Below are positions 1 through 13,874 of a stretch of 64,000 nucleotides of DNA, piece by piece (position 1 is the stretch's first letter; every line of letters begins with the position of its first letter). The notes under the pieces were generated by a model. The model saw only the letters and a program-made list of their open reading frames with translations. It had not been told where the DNA came from and made no database searches. Location of the stretch: the NCBI RefSeq assembly GCF_006345805.1, contig NC_043010.1:52142001-52206000 (forward strand), written 5' to 3'. The translations under genes were made by a program, and so were the position numbers. The DNA comes from Octopus sinensis (lineage: Eukaryota).

Positions 1-1709
1 GTGTATGTGTGTTTCATGGCAGAAATTCTAAAACGAAATTTCCTAAAGTATATTTGTCCGCCTCTTTCTCCCCCCCTCTCTGTCTCTGTCTGTCTCTCTC
101 TCTGGTATAAAGTATCTTTCCTCGTCTGTCTGTGTGTGTGTGTGTGTGTGTATCTATGTATTAAAATGTTTCGTGTAAAGAAAAATTAGCTTATCTGCGT
201 TAAAAAAAGATGCTTTGCTACTCGATTTGACATGCACAGCTCTCAGGGAGCGATACGGGTGCGCAGTAGAAATTGTTTTTGCATCATAAAATACTTTTCT
301 TTTTTGTATGAAATAGTACAAAATTAGATGTATAATGGATAAGACTAGTTTTGCCGACCAAATGTGAAATTAACAAAAATAAACAGCAAAAAACTATACA
401 CATATTTTACGCATACGAGTGAAAAAAATTTTCTTTATTAAATCAACAATTGTTGAATAATCGTTAAATTTTTATGTACAAAATGTAAAAGTAACAGCTT
501 TTATTAGAAAGAATTGTTGAAAACAATTTTCATCTGAAATAGTATGCCATTTAATAATCATAAATGTTAACTGCAGCTGCTTTTAGGCTTTGTAGGCAGA
601 TCTTAAGGATATACCGGTCTTTAAATCGGGAATATACCAACACTTGCATAATAGCTAATAATAGCGCTTGCTTCAATTATATTGAATGAGAACATAGCTG
701 CTTCGAGTATAAAGTGCTCGGCTCTGACTTATAATGGTTTATAAGTTCAGTTTTCCCTATTAATATTTGAGTGTAATATCTCTTTTCCAGGTTCATAAAA
801 TTGCTGTTTGTGAATATCCAAGTTTTGAAGGTTATTATTTGTTTGCAAGGTTTCGTTGAATATTTTTTTTTTTTAACATTTGGTTATCGAAACAGAAATC
901 TTAAAGATAGCTGTAGTCTCAGTTCACTAACTAATCACTATTGCGTTTAAATATCCTGGAAGATAATTTAATTTGCTGACACCATTAATCATAATCATCT
1001 TCATCATTATACTAGTATATATGTTTAAAATACTAGGATGTAGGTGATCTGTAATTTTTCAGTTTGGCAATAAATGGAACACTAATATAGATGGTGTCTC
1101 TGAATTGTTTAGCTTATAAACAGTGCTATTTTCCCTACACCAACTAATATACAAACTTGTACATTTTAGTTAGTGTTTCTTCAATCACTACAAGTAGAGC
1201 AAAGACTATGCTTTGTTGATGATGTCAGAATAATACTGAAACACATATATTGTCTCCTTTATTTGCTGGAAATGAAAATATTAAGCCATTGCTATTAACT
1301 TCATTTATTTGTCGTTCAAGTTACTTTTTAATGCTTTGTGCATGAAATATATTAAGTTATTGATAATCTGTTTTGTAATATTTGAGTCCTATTGAGTTTA
1401 TGATGGAAAGGAAAGACCCCCCCCCCAACCCAAACAGACGAAACAAGGGGTATCATCATACTTGAAAAAGAAAGCATCATAAAACATATGGTAGGATGAA
1501 AGAGATGTTTATAACAAAGGAAACCAAAGACTGAACCCTGCCACAGCAGGGTTTGGCTGCTTCTTTACAGTATTCTACTCTTTGAGGTTTTTATGTGATC
1601 ATTCCCGTGGACAATTTTACAAACTGTGAAATAAAAACTCTACAGAAACTAAGATAACTGCTTCGGTTGAAAGCAAATAATATAAATTTGTCCTATTGTA
1701 AAAAAAAAA

Positions 1710-1992
1710 GTGAGCTGGCAGAAACGTTAGCACGCCCGGGCGAAATGCTTAGTGGTATTTCGTCTGCGGTTACGTTCTGAGTTCAAATTCTGCTGAGGTT
1801 GACTTTGCCTTTCAGTGTCGATTAAATAAGAACCAGTTGAGCACTTTGATCAATCTAATAGATTTAGGCCTTGTGCCTATAGTAGATTAAATAAGTACCA
1901 GTTATGCACTGGGGTCGATATAATCAGCTTAGTCCGTTTGTCCTTGTTTGTCCCCTCTGTGTGTAGCCCCTTGTGGGCAGTAAAGAAATAAT
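1710..1992 (+). mobile_element. SINE family B
   Basis: Same head and tail as the 57417 copy, with an internal duplicated block. Confidence 0.88.
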
Positions 1993-2300
1993 AAACTAAG
2001 ATAACTGCCTACAAAGGTTCAGTTCAATCCTTAACTACTATTTCAGTCAACTTTCTTGGGAACTATCATTTTGCTGAAGATTTTTTATTCCAGCATGAGA
2101 ACAGCAAATCTGAAATTGGATTGCTGTGAAGTTTATATCTCTCTATTCAATCCTACATGAAAGATGAAGGCATTAGACTGCTACTTAACCACAGGCTGAT
2201 CAAGAGGGTTTGAAAGTTACACATCTCTACTTCTTTGACTGTGGTCTGAATTGATCCTTTTGAGCTTGTTCAGCTCATTTTGTGAATCTCTTTAACTAAG

Positions 2301-2717
2301 AGCTGGCAGCAGAAACGTTAGCATGCCAGGTGAAATGCCTAGCAGTATTTCGTCTGTCTTTACGTTCTGAGTTCAAATTCCGCCGAGGTCGACTTTGCCT
2401 TTCATCCTTTCGGGGTCGATTAAATAAGTACCAGTTACGCACTGGGGTCGATATAATTGACTTAATGCCTTTGTCTGTCCTTGTTTGTCCTCGCTGTGTT
2501 TAGCCCCTTGTGGGTAGTAAAGAAATAGGTATTTCGTCTGTCTTTACGTTCTGAGTTCAAATTCCACCAAGGTCGTCGACTTTGCCTTCCATTCTTTTGG
2601 GGGTCGATAAATTAACTACCAGTTACGCACTGGGGTCGATATAATTGACTTAATCCCTTTATCTGTTCTTGTTTGTCCCCTCTGTGTTTAGCCTCTTGTG
2701 GGCAATAAAGAAATAAG
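2301..2717 (+). mobile_element. SINE family B dimer (full copy plus headless copy)
   Basis: The second unit restarts at GTATTTCGTCTG directly after AAAGAAATAG (about 2530). Confidence 0.9.
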
Positions 2718-3379
2718 TTATTAAATTCTCTAGCATACATATTATTTTCCTAACCAAAACTAATAGCAAAAATAAAAATGTATGTCAACTTATTTATCAA
2801 GATGAGTTTTTAGGACCAAAAATCCCATGTGTAATGTAGCAGGATTAGGAAAGATAGGGACAGTGTTTGAATGTTTACACTTCATGTTTCTGCTGTATTG
2901 ACTTGTATGCTGGAAAATAAGGTACTCGAACAGCTTCAAGATAGCTTATATGCAGTTCTTGGACATAAAGCATTTGGGTCGTCTTCTACACTGATGGTTC
3001 TCAAAGTGGGCTCTGCTCACTGGGCAATTGCTCAAGCCAAACATCAGCTGTATCAATTTGGCCAGTCTTGAAGAATCTTGTAATGTCATAGACACAGTCC
3101 TTTTCTCTTGACTGAAATCATAAACATTAAGGGGCTTTACTTCATTTATAGTAGTTATGGACAAAATACTGATGGTTAGTCTTTTCTGATGTGGCTTGCT
3201 TCTTGAGAAAGATTGTCCATGCTTTGATGTTTAGTATACCCTTCAATATTCCATTTAATATTGCCCATTCTTGTGGGTAATACCAAAGGATGGAAAGGAT
3301 AATGGATTTTGATCTGTGTAACAAAGGAAATTTTGGATAGGAAGATTGGGAATCCCTGTCAAATACTTGATACTGAGTG

Positions 3380-3690
3380 AAGGTGCATGTCTTAGTGGTT
3401 AGGGTAATCAGTTCATGACTGTAAGATTGATTTCTGGTGGTGAATTATGTCCTTGAGCAAGGCACCTTATTTCATGTTGCTCCAGTCCACTCAGCTGACA
3501 AAAATAAGTTGCACCTGTAATTCAAAGGCCAGCTTTGTCACATTCTGTGTCATGCTGAATCTTCTTGAGGACTATATTAAGGTGTGCGTGTCTGTGGAGT
3601 ATTCAGCCACTTGCACATTAATTTCATGAACCGGTTGTTCCATTGATCAGTTCAACTGAAACTCTTGTCGTAACTGACGGAGTGCCACTT
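3380..3690 (+). mobile_element. tRNA-derived SINE family E
   Basis: Head GGTGCATGTCTTAGTGGTTAGG and central TCCTTGAGCAAGGCAC. A reverse copy lies at 52883-53197 and a related head at 54327. Confidence 0.75.
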
Positions 3691-6511
3691 GATACTGAAG
3701 CTTGGTAGAGCCCATTGGTGACTACATAAGACTTCCTCCTATTTATGTTATCATCAGCTGCCATTATTCAAAGAATAACTGTTTGGGGCAGATGTGGTTG
3801 TGTGGTTAAGAAGCTTTCTTCCCAACCACAAACTCATGGGTTTGGTCCCACTGCATGTCATCTTGGGCAAGTGTCTTCTATTATAACCCAGTTAACCAAA
3901 ACTTGTGGATTTGGTAGATGGAAACTGAAAGAAGCTGGTCATGTCTGGCTAAAGTGGTTGGCATTAGGAAGGGTGTCCAGCCATAGAAACCATGCCAAAG
4001 CAGACAACAGTTTGGCACAGGCCCCTGGTTAGGCAGCTCCTGTCAAACCATTGAACCTATGCCCCCATGGAAAATAGACATTAAATGATGATGTGTGTGT
4101 GTGTGTGTGTGTTTATTTTTGTCTGGACATCACACGATAGTTGTAGATGAGCATCAGTGACATATAAGTGAAGCTGAATGCTTCCAGTCCTCTGTGGAGA
4201 TCATCTGGAAAACACACCTTGCTTGTAAACGGGCGAGGTATCTGGCCGAAGAAAATTTCCCTCAGCAAATTCTGCTTGAATCATGCAAGCATGGAAATGT
4301 GGACATTAAATGATGTCAATGACGTGTTAGGAATCTTAATTCATCATTCATCATCATCATCGTTTAATGTCCGCTTTCCATGCTAGCATGGGTTGGATGG
4401 TTCGACTGGGGTCTGGGAAGCCAGGAGGCTGCACCAGGCCCAGTCTGATCTGGCAGTGTTTCTACAGCTGGATGCCCTTCCTAATGCCAACCACTCCATG
4501 AGTGAAGTGGGTGCAATGGCCATGATCGGTTGGTGCTTTTTACGTGCCACTGGCACGGAAGCTACTCAAGGTGGCACTGGCATCGGCCATGTTCAGATGG
4601 TGCTTTTTACATGCCACTAGCACAGGTATCACAACTACAATTTCCATTGATTTTTGATGTTGATGTACTTGACTCAATAGGTCTCCTCAAGCACAGGGTT
4701 GAAACAGTGTGGACATTAAATGATGACAATGAAGTTTTAGGTATCTTAATTCACCATTATGGTCAAGAACACTGAACTCATGACCCACTTCACAATATAT
4801 TGTTTATAATTACAATGGACAGAGATATAATTCACCAATTAAGTTTTAATGTGAAGTCAGTGAGTTGGCAGAATTGTTTGCATATTGGACAAAATGCTTA
4901 GTGGCATTTACTCTGTCTTTACATTCTGAGTTCAGAATCCGCTGAGGTTGACTTTGCCTTTCATCGTTTCAGGGTCGATAAAATAAGAACTAGTTGAGTA
5001 CTTTGGTCAATCTAATAGACTAGCCTCCTCCTGCAATGTTGTAGGCATTGTGCCTATAGTAGAGAAACAAACTTGTATTTGTGTATTATTGCTGCTTTTT
5101 TTTCTTTATCTTTTACTTTTGGACTGATTTCTGTCATTGGAGCATAGTTATTTTGTGATTGATTCGGTCTTGAAGGTTATTTCAATCGGGTACCTATTTT
5201 ATTTAGTTGCTAAGTTAGATTTTTTATTTTTGACACTTTCATTTTTTGTTCAGTGGGCGTGTCATGTCAGTTACACTCAAGCTACTCTCCCCCTCCTCTC
5301 TCTCTCTCTCACACACGCATACACACACACATATGACAGGCTTCTCTACTGTCTTTCCAAATTCGCTCGTGATTATTGATCAACACGAAGCTATAGAAGA
5401 CAGTTGTTTAGGGCTTTGTACATCTGGAAACTCGCGAGGGAGAAAGTGAACTTTTTAACTGCAGTTATGCTTGCCGTCCCACAGTTTTGGTGTAAAGGAA
5501 TCTTTGACGTGCTTTGAAGTAAGAAATTCCAGGCAACTGTTGAGACGTTATAAGGAACGGGTGGGGTAACCGAAAGTAATTTTTGTTAAGTGTTTGTTAA
5601 AGAGACCAATGATTTTAGCAAGCACAAATAGATGTAACAGTGAATTTCAAAAAAGACATTTTTCTTTGAAAAAATAACAATAGCACAGAGAGAAAGAGAG
5701 GGAGAGAGAGAGATATTGCTATGAAGATATTTGTCGATCTTTCATTTCAGTTAAGGCCAAAGTTGATTTTGATCCTCATCATCTGATTTTAAACTCCAAA
5801 TTTTGTTGGATGAAATTTCCCCTTTCCCTATATGAAAGTTACGATTTCTCTCTTCAAGCACAACAGTTTTGCTATAGGGTTGGATCCAGAGCCGCTTTGT
5901 GGTTGTTGTTGCAGGGTGTGTGTGCTAGCCTGCTTGCATCTACGACTATAGGATAAGTATAAAAACAGAGAAACTTCAGGTTATTTCAATACGTAGTAAA
6001 TACGATCGCAATCCTTTCGTGTTTTGTCTTTACCGACTAGTCACTTTACACAGTCGTGGATTTGTGCGCACTTTGCAAAACATAAACACGTACATACATG
6101 AGGAAATACTTGTAACATTGTTAGTTATGTATGCTTGGAATAGTGTTCAACTCTGTCTTGTGGAACTGTGAAGATATCTGAAAAAGTGTATTTCTTCAGT
6201 TACGTTCGACAAGAGAAAGGAAAAACTATCCTATTAATAATTGTTGCACATATATAGATATATATGCTTTTTAAATTCGTTTGCATTTAGTCCTAGTTCA
6301 GCTTCGATCACTGGTTATGATCAAAAGGTTTTCCATCCGTGTCCATCTCGTCTTTATTTTCAGGCATAATATCTAGGACTACATTGTCCGCTGTTCTCCC
6401 TTATGACGGTATAGATTTGGCTGCTATTTCTAACAATCTAGCGGCCACGTAGACTTCCTCATTGACTCGTTTGCCAAGCTTATACAGTATATGTAATTAA
6501 TATGTAAATTA

Positions 6512-6606
6512 GGCGAAAGTAACGAATACGTACACCCGGTGTTTAGGGTTAGGGATTTTGTTACGCCGAAAACGGCTGATGTACGTATTTTTTTTTTACC
6601 TCCGCC
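6512..6606. mobile_element. 95-bp GG-ended MITE with 8-bp TSD, containing TTAGGGTTAGGG
   Basis: Imperfect TIRs GGCGAAAGTAACGAATACGTACA and TGTACGTATTTTTTTTTTACCTCCGCC; TSD GTAAATTA at 6504-6511 and 6607-6614. Confidence 0.8.
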
Positions 6607-9600
6607 GTAAATTATATATTGCTTCCTATATTCTAGATTGTTGTTAGACTTGTAGATTTTTCCAGATTATTTGTTCGATAATTTTAGATTAAATTTTCAA
6701 TCATTGGTTGCACTCTTGCTGTAAGAGTTTTTTTTATCGATTATATCGACTCCAGCCTTTTTCTCTGGTAATTATTTCATCGACCTCGGAAGAAGGAAAA
6801 GCAAAGCTGACCTGAACTGGATTTGAACTTGGGATATATTGGCATTCCCCGATTCTGCAATCCGCGCGCACTTTGTCTATCTAACACGATTTTCATTTGT
6901 TTAAAATATCACCCATAAAGCTTCGGTATAAAATTGCCAGGCTGTGGGGGTCAGTACCAGAAACAAATGATAGCAAAGTGGATTTAACTACGCGCTCGTG
7001 GTGTTTACTTTTTGTCTAGGTTATGTTTTAAAGTCCATTAAATTTTTTTTTTTTTATATTGGGTGTTATAGTGTTTTCCATCGAGTCACTTTTAATCAGA
7101 ACTTATTTATCAATGAGGAGTTGATTTCCCAACTGCTAGTTATCGAACTAGGCCAACCCTTCACTTTAGGACTATATCAGACTACATACATATCTAATGT
7201 GTCCTGTGCTTATGTAAGGAAGAGTGTGACCTGAAGGGGATTTAGCTATTTCTCGCTAGCCAAGAAAACCGCGTACAAGTTCCCTTGTTGGTTCGATAGA
7301 TGTATTTCAGCGTATTGTTGTTGCCTCTGATAAAAATTCAGGGTTTTTCTTCTCTTAGCCACCAGTGGAATTTCTATGGAGGGCTTTTGATCTTTTAAAA
7401 TAGCAGCTAAATCGCCTTCAAATCACTCTACTGGTATCTTGTTATATTTCTTTTAACCATTTGGGATTTTTCAAATTTTCACCAGGTTGTTTTTCAAAAA
7501 ATGTAATTCTGATGTAGTTTTTGCATGCTGTTGCCGAAAATGGGGTTCAGTTTTTTTTTTCTTTTGAAATTGTCAAAGAACTTACGAGTTCAGTTTATTT
7601 TCAAAAACTGAGTTTAAAAAAAAATGATCTGGTAAAAATTTGAAATACAAGTGGTTGATAGAAATTTAACAAAATCTCTATACAGTCTTAACGAAAGGAC
7701 ATTAGAGATATTGCAAAAAAAAAAAAGGGGGGGTGGGGGGGTGGATAGGTGATTTTGTTACTGCTGGAATGTCTTTGATCATAGATTTGCTTCAGTTATG
7801 GTTGACCTGGCACTAATCAACAACAACGGCAGCTTTTAAGTGTTGTTGCTGTGAAAACGAAGCACCGACTTCTCTCCTTTCGATTGTTTGGTTCCTTAAT
7901 CGGCTGAGAAAACCCGCGCATTCTTAGACATGCGCGCGCATGTATATGTTAACCCAGTGCACAAGAACTAAGATAATTCGCTGGAGTTGGTTAAAATCTA
8001 TATTATTTAGTTACAGTCTACGCGTATGTAAGACTTTAAATAAATATTAGGATCTTGTGAAAAATTTCTTCCAAGCCATTTGAAGTTTTCCAAATTTTCT
8101 TCACTGGTGTAACATTCTTTATTGTTAATTTCTAGAAATAATGAATGCGATTTTCGGCATCAGCATGCAAAAAGTACATTTTTTTTTGAAAATAATCTGG
8201 TGAATATTTGAAATAGTTGAAAGAAATTTAACAAGATCCAAATTCCGCCCTATAGGATTCCCCCCCCCGCTTCGTTTAGAATTCACAGTGCGCTCAGTGC
8301 GCTGTGGTGCAGCTATTGTAACTGCGTTCACCAGGTGAACTGTGGGTTCAAGTCTAGCTACATGCACTTTTTTTTCGATATAAAAAAAATAAGGCTGTTG
8401 ATACAGTGTTAAGAATCATTAAAACGTTACCAGCATAGTTGTACAATAGCCGGAAAATATTATAGAAAAATTTGCCATTGATTTTGTATCACTGGAAGTA
8501 ATTTAACATGTTTCTGGAGTTCGAAACAACTTTTACCTTTTCTCCCCCACCCCAAAAAGTCGGAAGATTTCTTAGAAAAAAAAAAAGAAAAGAAAAGAAA
8601 AAGGTCTTCCAAAATTTCAATTTTTACTCCTATCCCTTTTTGTAATTTTTCCACTTTTAACCTGCTTTGATTTTTTTTTTCATCCCCGGATGTTTGAAAC
8701 ATCAGATTGCGAATTTGTTTCCGCCCACTTGTTCCACTTGTTTCTCCTTCACACACCCCGCGCTGCTTCTCCGTTTTTTATTAACGTGGTTAACATTCTC
8801 GTTTCTTTACGTTGTAGGTTAAAATTCCACTGAAGTCCACTTTGCTTCTCATCCTTTCGGGGGTTGACAACATAAAAGTAATACACAATGTACTGAGGTG
8901 GTGGGTGGGTGGTAGTGGGTTAACCCACTTCTCTTAAAATTGCTGGGCCTTACTGCTTAAATTAGAAACCATTATTACGGTGACAAATTTTTCGATGGAA
9001 AGGGGTAAAAAAAAAATTTAATGAAATAAACAAAACAAACAAGCAAAAATACTCAGAAATCAGAACAAATTTGTTGAAAAAAAAAATGCAAACGATGTGG
9101 AGGAGTTTTCAAAATAATACTGGAATTTTTGTGGTTAGTGCTACTTACTTATTGGAGTCATCTTGTCTTTGTGAACAGCTGAAATGTAAACGAAGCCAAC
9201 TAAGGGGTCTCTAGGTGTTTACTTGATCTGCTAGAAATAGCAAGTTAAATTTTCTCTTGTATTGAACTATATCTCATATCTTGACCTTTTTATTAGCATG
9301 TTTCTGCTCAAATGTTTTGGAAATAATGAAGTATTTAATAAAATAATTTTGTCATTATTAAGCAGATGTATGAACAAGAAGTTTCTGCTATAAACTAAGG
9401 ATGGGTCTTGGGTGGGTTGGTATCAAAAGTGTAAAACAGTTGGAAGGAGACCTTATATGATGTAGTCCTAGACTACATTATGGGATGGTCAGTCTTGGAA
9501 TGTCTGCTCCATTAGAGCTTGATCTAGGACTAAATAACAACACTAACATAAGTTTAGAACGTGAACACAAACATGTTAGGTATACAATTTGAACACCCAC

Positions 9601-10692
9601 ACTTATATATACAATTTATACAGCTTAATACACTTACTCGTATTTGTTTATAAATTGGAAGCTGGGTCTGTGATCTTGTTTGTTTAAGAAGAAAGCTAGG
9701 TGTAATCTAATTTCTTAAAGGGGGAGCTGGGTGTGATCTAGTTAGCATTTCTTACAAATTGGCAAACTTGATAGTGTTGATTGCCTTGTGGTATTTGTTC
9801 AAGCTCTCTGCACTTTTTCAGATCATACTTTGGTCGGCTTTACCTTTCATGCTTTCAAGGTCAGCTCTGACTTTCATTCTTTCCAGACCGGCTTTGCTTT
9901 TTACCATTTCAGGGTCAATAAAATAGCAGTCCTATATACGGTTGATTCTTTTCCTTCTGCATGTCACTCCTTCATTTGCTTTCTCTCTGGAGAAAATCAA
10001 CGGTAGTCAACTTGGAGAGGGATGAAGTCTACCAAGTTTAAAATGTCCAAGACATGTTGTCATGATTGCAACCCTACAACTCTGTCAGGAGTTAAGGATT
10101 CAGATAAGGAATATTGCTATACTGACATGTAGCCTTATGCCTCTTTCTAACCAGAACACTGCACAGTACAGCTTGCTGATGTCTGACTGTTGTCAGCGGA
10201 AATAATAGAAGAGGTTGTGAAGGAAAAAAAACTTCTGGAAATCAGCCGTTGAGAAGCTTGTTTTGTACTCATGAGATCTCCGGTTTATTCCCATTGTGCA
10301 GCATTACCGTAGCTTATCGTCATGCTATGCCTTGTGAGTGAAATTGGTTTGATGGAAACTGATTGGGGGCTTATTGGATGGATTGTACCTGTAATACTTA
10401 AGCTACAGCCTTGTCATGTACACTGTCTCATGCTTATTCTGCCGGAGAATTACATTAAGAGTGTGCAGGTCTGTAGGATATGAGACCACGCCTAGTTTAT
10501 GACAGAAGCTTCTTGTTCTTAAGCAGTGCGCTGCAGCCGGTATGTTGTGGCACACTGGTCTTCCATGAGATGATGTTAGGTGTGTTGCAGTGTAACCTGA
10601 ATATAATTGTTAGTCATTAGTTGGGCTGATAGTTTGGCTGATTAAACAACTGAATACTCATGATTTTCATTAGAAATATCAGCATTGATATA

Positions 10693-11090
10693 GGCACAGG
10701 AGTGGCTGTGTGGTAAGTAGCTTGCTTACCAACCACATGATTCCGGGTTCAGTCCCACTGTGTGACTGTGTGGCACCTTGGGCAAGTGTCTTCTACTATA
10801 TAGTCTCAGGCCGACCAATGCCTTGTGAGTGGATTTGGTCGACGGAAACTGAAAGAAGCCTGTCGTATATATGTATGTGTGTGTGTATATGTTTATGTGT
10901 CTGTGTTTGCCCCCAACATCGCTTGGCAACCGATGCTGGTTTGTTTACGTCCCTGTAACTTAGCGGTTTGACAAAAGAGGCCGACAGAATAAGTACTAGG
11001 CTTACAAAGAATAAGTCCTGGGGCCAATTTGCTCGACTAAAGGCGGTGCTCCAGCATGGCCACTGTCAATGACTGAAACAAGTAAAAGAG
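10693..11090 (+). mobile_element. SINE family A
   Basis: Colinear with the 33207 copy. Confidence 0.9.
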
Positions 11091-11543
11091 AGGTATAGTA
11101 ACAAAAGGTATTTTATTGGTCTGTTTTGCTGAACTGGTAAGACATGGGGATGTAAATAAATCACCAGGTTGTCAAATGGTTAGGGAAACAAACACAAAAG
11201 CACACATGCCATGTATATATATGATGAGCTTCCTCACTCTCCATCTATCAAAATCAATCACAAGGCGTTGGTCCGCCCAAGGTACTGCTCAGTGGGACCG
11301 AACCTGAAACCTCAGGGTTGCAAAGCGAGCTTATTAACCACACAGTCATGCCTGTGCCTGTAACTTGTTACAAATATGTAATTGATAATCACCCAAGGGC
11401 ATCCATCTGTGGAAACCCTGCCAAAACAGACAATGGAACCTGGTGTGTATCCTGGCCGTTGCCAGACTGTCCAACCCATGCCAACATGGAAAAATGGACA
11501 CTAAACAATGATGAAAATCTTGTAAATAATCTCTCATGTTTTG

Positions 11544-11729
<186 letters not shown>

Positions 11730-11861
11730 CGTTAGGAAGGGCATCCAGCCGTAGAAACACTGCCAGATTTGACTGGGCCTGATGAAGCCTTCTGGCTTCA
11801 CAGACCCCAGTAGAACCGTCCAACCCATGCTAGCATGGAAAACGGACGCTAAACGATGATG

Positions 11862-11897
<36 letters not shown>

Positions 11898-12559
11898 TGT
11901 GTGTGTTTTTCAATGCTTCTGTTTTGCAGTGTTTTTCAGTTGCTTTTAGATCTTTGAAACTAATTATGTATATTCTGAATTGGAAAAGTTTTTTGTATTC
12001 TGTTGTGTCTGGAGAGAGTCATTCTCTTTTAGTGCCTTATTATCTAACACACTCACCAGTAAAGTTTCCACTCATTTACTTATTTATTTTTCCTAAAATT
12101 TTCGTTGCGTCTTGCTACCTTTTCAATAGTCATTGACTCTGTCCGTTATCTGTTTTTATATTCATTAAGTTCTTTACTAAAAATCCTTTGCACAAAGAAA
12201 TATTGCCTATTGTGACATTATATTTCTGATAGTTTTATTTGCGTATGTAAGAGTGTATATATGTTGATATATTTATATAATATCTGAAATGTAAGGAATA
12301 CCATTATTTTGTGTTGATATGCATACAACTACCTTCAGAAAGTAAACTAAGTAGATACACTACAGTATTTTGTATCACTTTATGCACAAAATGAGTTAAT
12401 CTGTAGTTTCTAGGTTTGCCATGTCTATAGAGCAATTTAATTTTTATATCTATTTATAGTGTGTACAAAGTTGTATCCCATGAGATTAATTTGTCTAATT
12501 TGCATGACAGTGAGCACACTCGTACTGGATTTTCTTTTTGGTAATTGTAAACATTATCA

Positions 12560-12900
12560 GGGTATGTGTTTGCTTGAATGCTGTCTTGTGTAGAGTATAA
12601 TATCTATGGTTTCAGTTGGGTCATGCTTGGGTATCTGACAGGAAAGTATAATGATGGTTGTTCTTTGGAGGAGATAACTGAGGACTCTACCCGCCATTCC
12701 CCTCCTGGAATATGGGTGGTGAAAAAAAAAATATGGGGCTGGGTGGTTAGAATGCCACAAGAAAGGATTGCAAAATAGATTTCTCAAGCTGAGCCGACTG
12801 GCAGGAGACCGTGAGCAAGATGGCTGGATAATATCCATAGTCTTAGTTTGGTCATATTTGGGAATCCAGTAAGAAACGGTAATGATGGTGTCTGAAGACT
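12560..12900 (+). mobile_element. Degenerate RTE-clade LINE ORF C-terminus
   Basis: + strand reads GWVVRMPQERIAK*ISQAEPTGRRP*ARWLDNI, matching the RTE motif WxGHVxRMxxxRxxK...GxRPxGRPxxRWxD, with stops. Confidence 0.55.
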
Positions 12901-13182
12901 CTTTCCAATTGAGCCACTTAGGAATGGTGGGTGGCAAAAATGGATGGATGGAGCATATCTAAAGATTTTGGTTAACATTGTGTGGAACCACCTTTCCTTA
13001 TATCTATATACAATATCAACGCGGACAGGAAAATGAAACCAGCCAGTTTCCATACTGTTAGGACTTCATCAGTGATTGACTGCCTTCCTTAACTCTCCAA
13101 AGACACTATTACTAAAGGCTTAAATAAATCAGATAAATTGATTTGGTAGTGGTGGCGGTGGTGTTGTTGTTAAGGTGGCAAG

Positions 13183-13570
13183 CTGGCAGAATCGTTTGCA
13201 AGCCAGACAGAATGCTTAGCATTTTATGTTCTGAGTTCAAATCCTGCTGAAGCCAACTTTGCCTTTCATCCTTTGGGGATCGATAAAATAAGTACTAGCT
13301 GAGCACTGGGGTCGATGTAATCGATTTACACCCTCTTTCGAAATTGCTGGCCTTGTGCCAATATTTGAAATCATTATTTTTATAGTGCGCCGGACCAGAT
13401 GTTTAGCAACATTTATTCCGGCTTTATGTTTCGAGTTCAAGTTCTGCCGACGTCAACTTTGCTTTTCATCCTTTCGAGGTCGATGAAATAAGTACTAGTT
13501 GATCACTCTGATCGATGCAATCAACTAACCCCCTCTCCCGAAATTTCAGGCTTTGTTCCTTTCATAGAAA
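13183..13570 (+). mobile_element. Two adjacent older SINE family B copies
   Basis: Two GAGTTCAA...CTTTGC.TTTCATCCTTT.G.GGTCGAT.AAATAAGTAC blocks. Confidence 0.8.
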
Positions 13571-13874
13571 GAGTTCAGTGTCAATAATGCGTTAGACGTG
13601 TGTAGCAGTTGGTTTTAATCTCACTATTAATTTCCGGCTGTTAATATGGAAAAATAACAATGGCATTTATAGCTAAATCAAGTACTTGACTGGTAACATA
13701 TTCTAAACGAGTCCAGTTGGACGAAAGAAACCGACTCTTGTTAAGTTCTGAACGCAAAACAACGAGACGGTTTCTCCGGAGCTTTACCGATTCTGCATTC
13801 CGCTGACACTAATTAATAATGCTAATTACTCGAGCCGACGAGGGAAATTTCTATGCGGTCGCTCGATCAGCTGG

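Noticed and set aside
2860-3350. Coding-like stretch with ORFs on both strands
   Set aside because: It is frameshifted and has only a faint resemblance to a LINE ORF2 linker (PKCF motif). Too weak to classify and not supportable as a gene.
4393-4620. Recurrent ORF MDGSTGVWEARRLHQAQSDL... (also at 11389 and 53164)
   Set aside because: It is the antisense translation of the family C repeat. Its recurrence reflects repeat copy number, not a gene family.
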